A stretch of 64,000 nt of DNA from positions 1 to 64,000 of the forward strand of contig CDMY01000487.1 of NCBI GenBank assembly GCA_001179505.1, given 5' to 3'. The notes under the pieces were generated by a model. The model was not told the origin of the DNA. It was given only the letters and a program-made list of their open reading frames with translations, and searched no databases. The stretch comes from Vitrella brassicaformis CCMP3155 (Eukaryota; Protista; Chromerida). This document shows, piece after piece, positions 62,401 to 64,000 of the stretch (positions within the stretch are counted from its first letter, which is position 1; each line of letters starts with the position of its first letter). The position numbers and the translations under genes were made by a program.

Positions 62401-64000
62401 CAAAGTCCCTGATAACCCGCTCTGCCAAAATTCCAGCTCCTTCAACTCCGACAAGTTGGCCCACTGCTCAGGAATGGTGCCATTGAGGTTGTTGCGGCTT
62501 ACGTCCAGGTACTCAAGCTTGGTCAACGAGCCCCACTCTGGAGGTAAAGGGCCATGAAAACCTTCATTTATGCGCTGGTAGGAGAGGCGGATGTGACGTA
62601 TGTTTGTCGTCTTGCTGAGTTCTGTGGGAAGATGACCTGACAGCTGCAATCAGAATAATTCATCGCTTCCTTACTTACGCCCCAGTGTCTCTCTGATTTC
62701 CATATCTCCTGACCTACCTGATTTCGTTGCAGTTCCAGCTCTTCAAGATGCGGCCACGTCGATCCGAAACCATCAGGCAGACTGCCTTTCAGACGATTGC
62801 GGGACAGCGAGAGGTGTCTCAATTTAGTCAGATTCATGAGAGACGGCGGCATTGGTCCAGATAAGTCGTTATCTGAAGTCCCCACACACACACATGAAAG
62901 GAGTCAGTGCCCTCACACATAAGACACTCACGTACATGACAAATCGAGGGTCTCGAGATTCGCCATGCCTCCTATCCACTCCGGTATCTGGCCATTCAGG
63001 TCAACCCGCTGCAGCACGAGCGTTGTCAGGTTGGGGCCGAGGTGGGGGCTGCTTGGAAGGCGCAGACCAGGCAGAATCAGAGTCAGATGCTTGAGTCGTG
63101 CCAGATTGGCGATCTGGTCTAACGAGCCTTCGAGCCAGCGAGCCTCGACAATTGAGAGCACTTCGAGGGAGTTTAGCCGCCATGGCGGCAGCGGCCCAGA
63201 AAGGCCAGGCCCTGTTCGCTTGGAGCCTTGAATTTCTAGCGCCACAAGGGATGTGAGCCTCCCGAGTGAAGCGGGCAGGCTCCCACCCATGCTCACCTAA
63301 GAGACACAACCAACGCACCTAAGCGGTTTCTTCTCACTTCTTCTCTTGCTCCCACCTTTCTCAAGGTCAGCAGCCGGAGGGATGTCAAATTGCCGATTTC
63401 CTCCGTCAGCTGGCCCTCTGCATGCACACATATAGTTGTGCTCTTGTCTGCATGTAAGTACATTCATACGTACCGAGGGGCACAGACGTAATCCACAAAC
63501 CCAAGACGGCCTTCAGCTCATAGGTCTCAGCGGGAAAAGGCACCCTCTTCCCTCTCTTCCTAAGTGCCGCTGCCCATGTGTTCACCTGACCCCCCCGGTG
63601 ATCACCCCAAAGCAGCAAGAGATATCCCTCAACACCATCAGGTAATCGAATGCACACGATGAATGACACGGAACAGAAGTCAGTCGCGAAGTCTGTCGCC
63701 TCGGACTCATTCATCAGGCCAATCTTCACCGTCAGCCTGCTGAGCGCATCAGCATCGGCAGAGCAAGACGGCCCACACTCCACGCTTGAGAGCTCGTCCA
63801 CCTGGTCCAGTGGCAGGATGAGCGACTGGGGAGATGAGACGCCCATGGGGGTAACGGTTGGCCGAAAGACCACAGAGGTGGAGAGTAGCTCCCACTTTGT
63901 GCAGTCGGTCCACGTACAGCTGCCATTGTAGCCGGCGTCATCTTGCAAACGTCGGGTTCGCTCCACAAGGTGGGTTGAAGGGACTGTTTGAACGTGGAGC
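56401..64000 (-). CDS. Partial large receptor-like protein: plant-type extracellular LRRs, Cys-rich EGF/GCC-like repeats, multi-pass TM C-terminus (5' end lies beyond the window)
   Basis: LRR units: GSLPASLGRLTSLVALEI, NGQIPEWIGGMANLETLDLS, DLSGPMPPSLMNLTKLRHLSLSRNRLKGSLP, and GSLTKLEYLDVSRNNLNGTIPEQW. Cys-rich units: CRCIPGY...CTICETGSFS...CHLCP and GFICGVCKNGY...CLQC. TM blocks with FTHPTVTRNML..LRC and QPF...MNLLNRME. Confidence 0.7.

Noticed and set aside
1-64000. tRNA, rRNA or transposase/reverse-transcriptase genes
   Set aside because: No cloverleaf/T-loop signatures, rRNA-like sequence, or RT/integrase/transposase motifs were seen by eye. tRNAscan, Infernal and RepeatModeler were not run.

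Overview
This is eukaryotic, intron-rich, GC-rich genomic DNA with short GT-AG introns full of microsatellites. It contains flagellar, mitochondrial and bipartite-signal plastid genes plus PAN/apple-domain secreted proteins. That points to a photosynthetic alveolate, most consistent with a chromerid such as Vitrella brassicaformis (inference, no search run). I reconstructed about 20 spliced genes by hand. From start to end: a small hypothetical gene, a 2xUIM + EF-hand protein, an atypical CAMK-like kinase, an internally duplicated coiled-coil/RING locus, radial spoke head RSP4/6, a divergent RlmN, an intronless plastid membrane ORF, RPB11, a degenerate FKBP, a secreted PAN-PLC(X)-crystallin-like protein, an F-BAR/PH protein, ATP11, a fibrillin, exportin-1, a tail-anchored TPR protein, RPL14, an MSP-domain protein, RAD9, a C-type lectin, a single-pass membrane protein, a 144-bp repeat ORF, and a partial LRR/EGF multi-pass receptor. 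There are two 300-N gaps and an Illumina adapter remnant. The best leads are: (1) introns with (AC)n at the 5' end and (GT)n at the 3' end that could fold and bridge splice sites; (2) eight head-to-head gene pairs whose spacers repeatedly carry TGCGAGCT; (3) telomere-type heptamers just upstream of RPL14, resembling a telo-box; (4) the PAN-PLC-crystallin architecture; (5) an all-phase-2 exon RING locus with two possible RING ends; (6) RRL(QD) PEXEL/TEXEL-like motifs in three neighbouring secreted proteins. Most ORFs in the supplied track are antisense or microsatellite artefacts. All family assignments come from motif recognition, not database searches.
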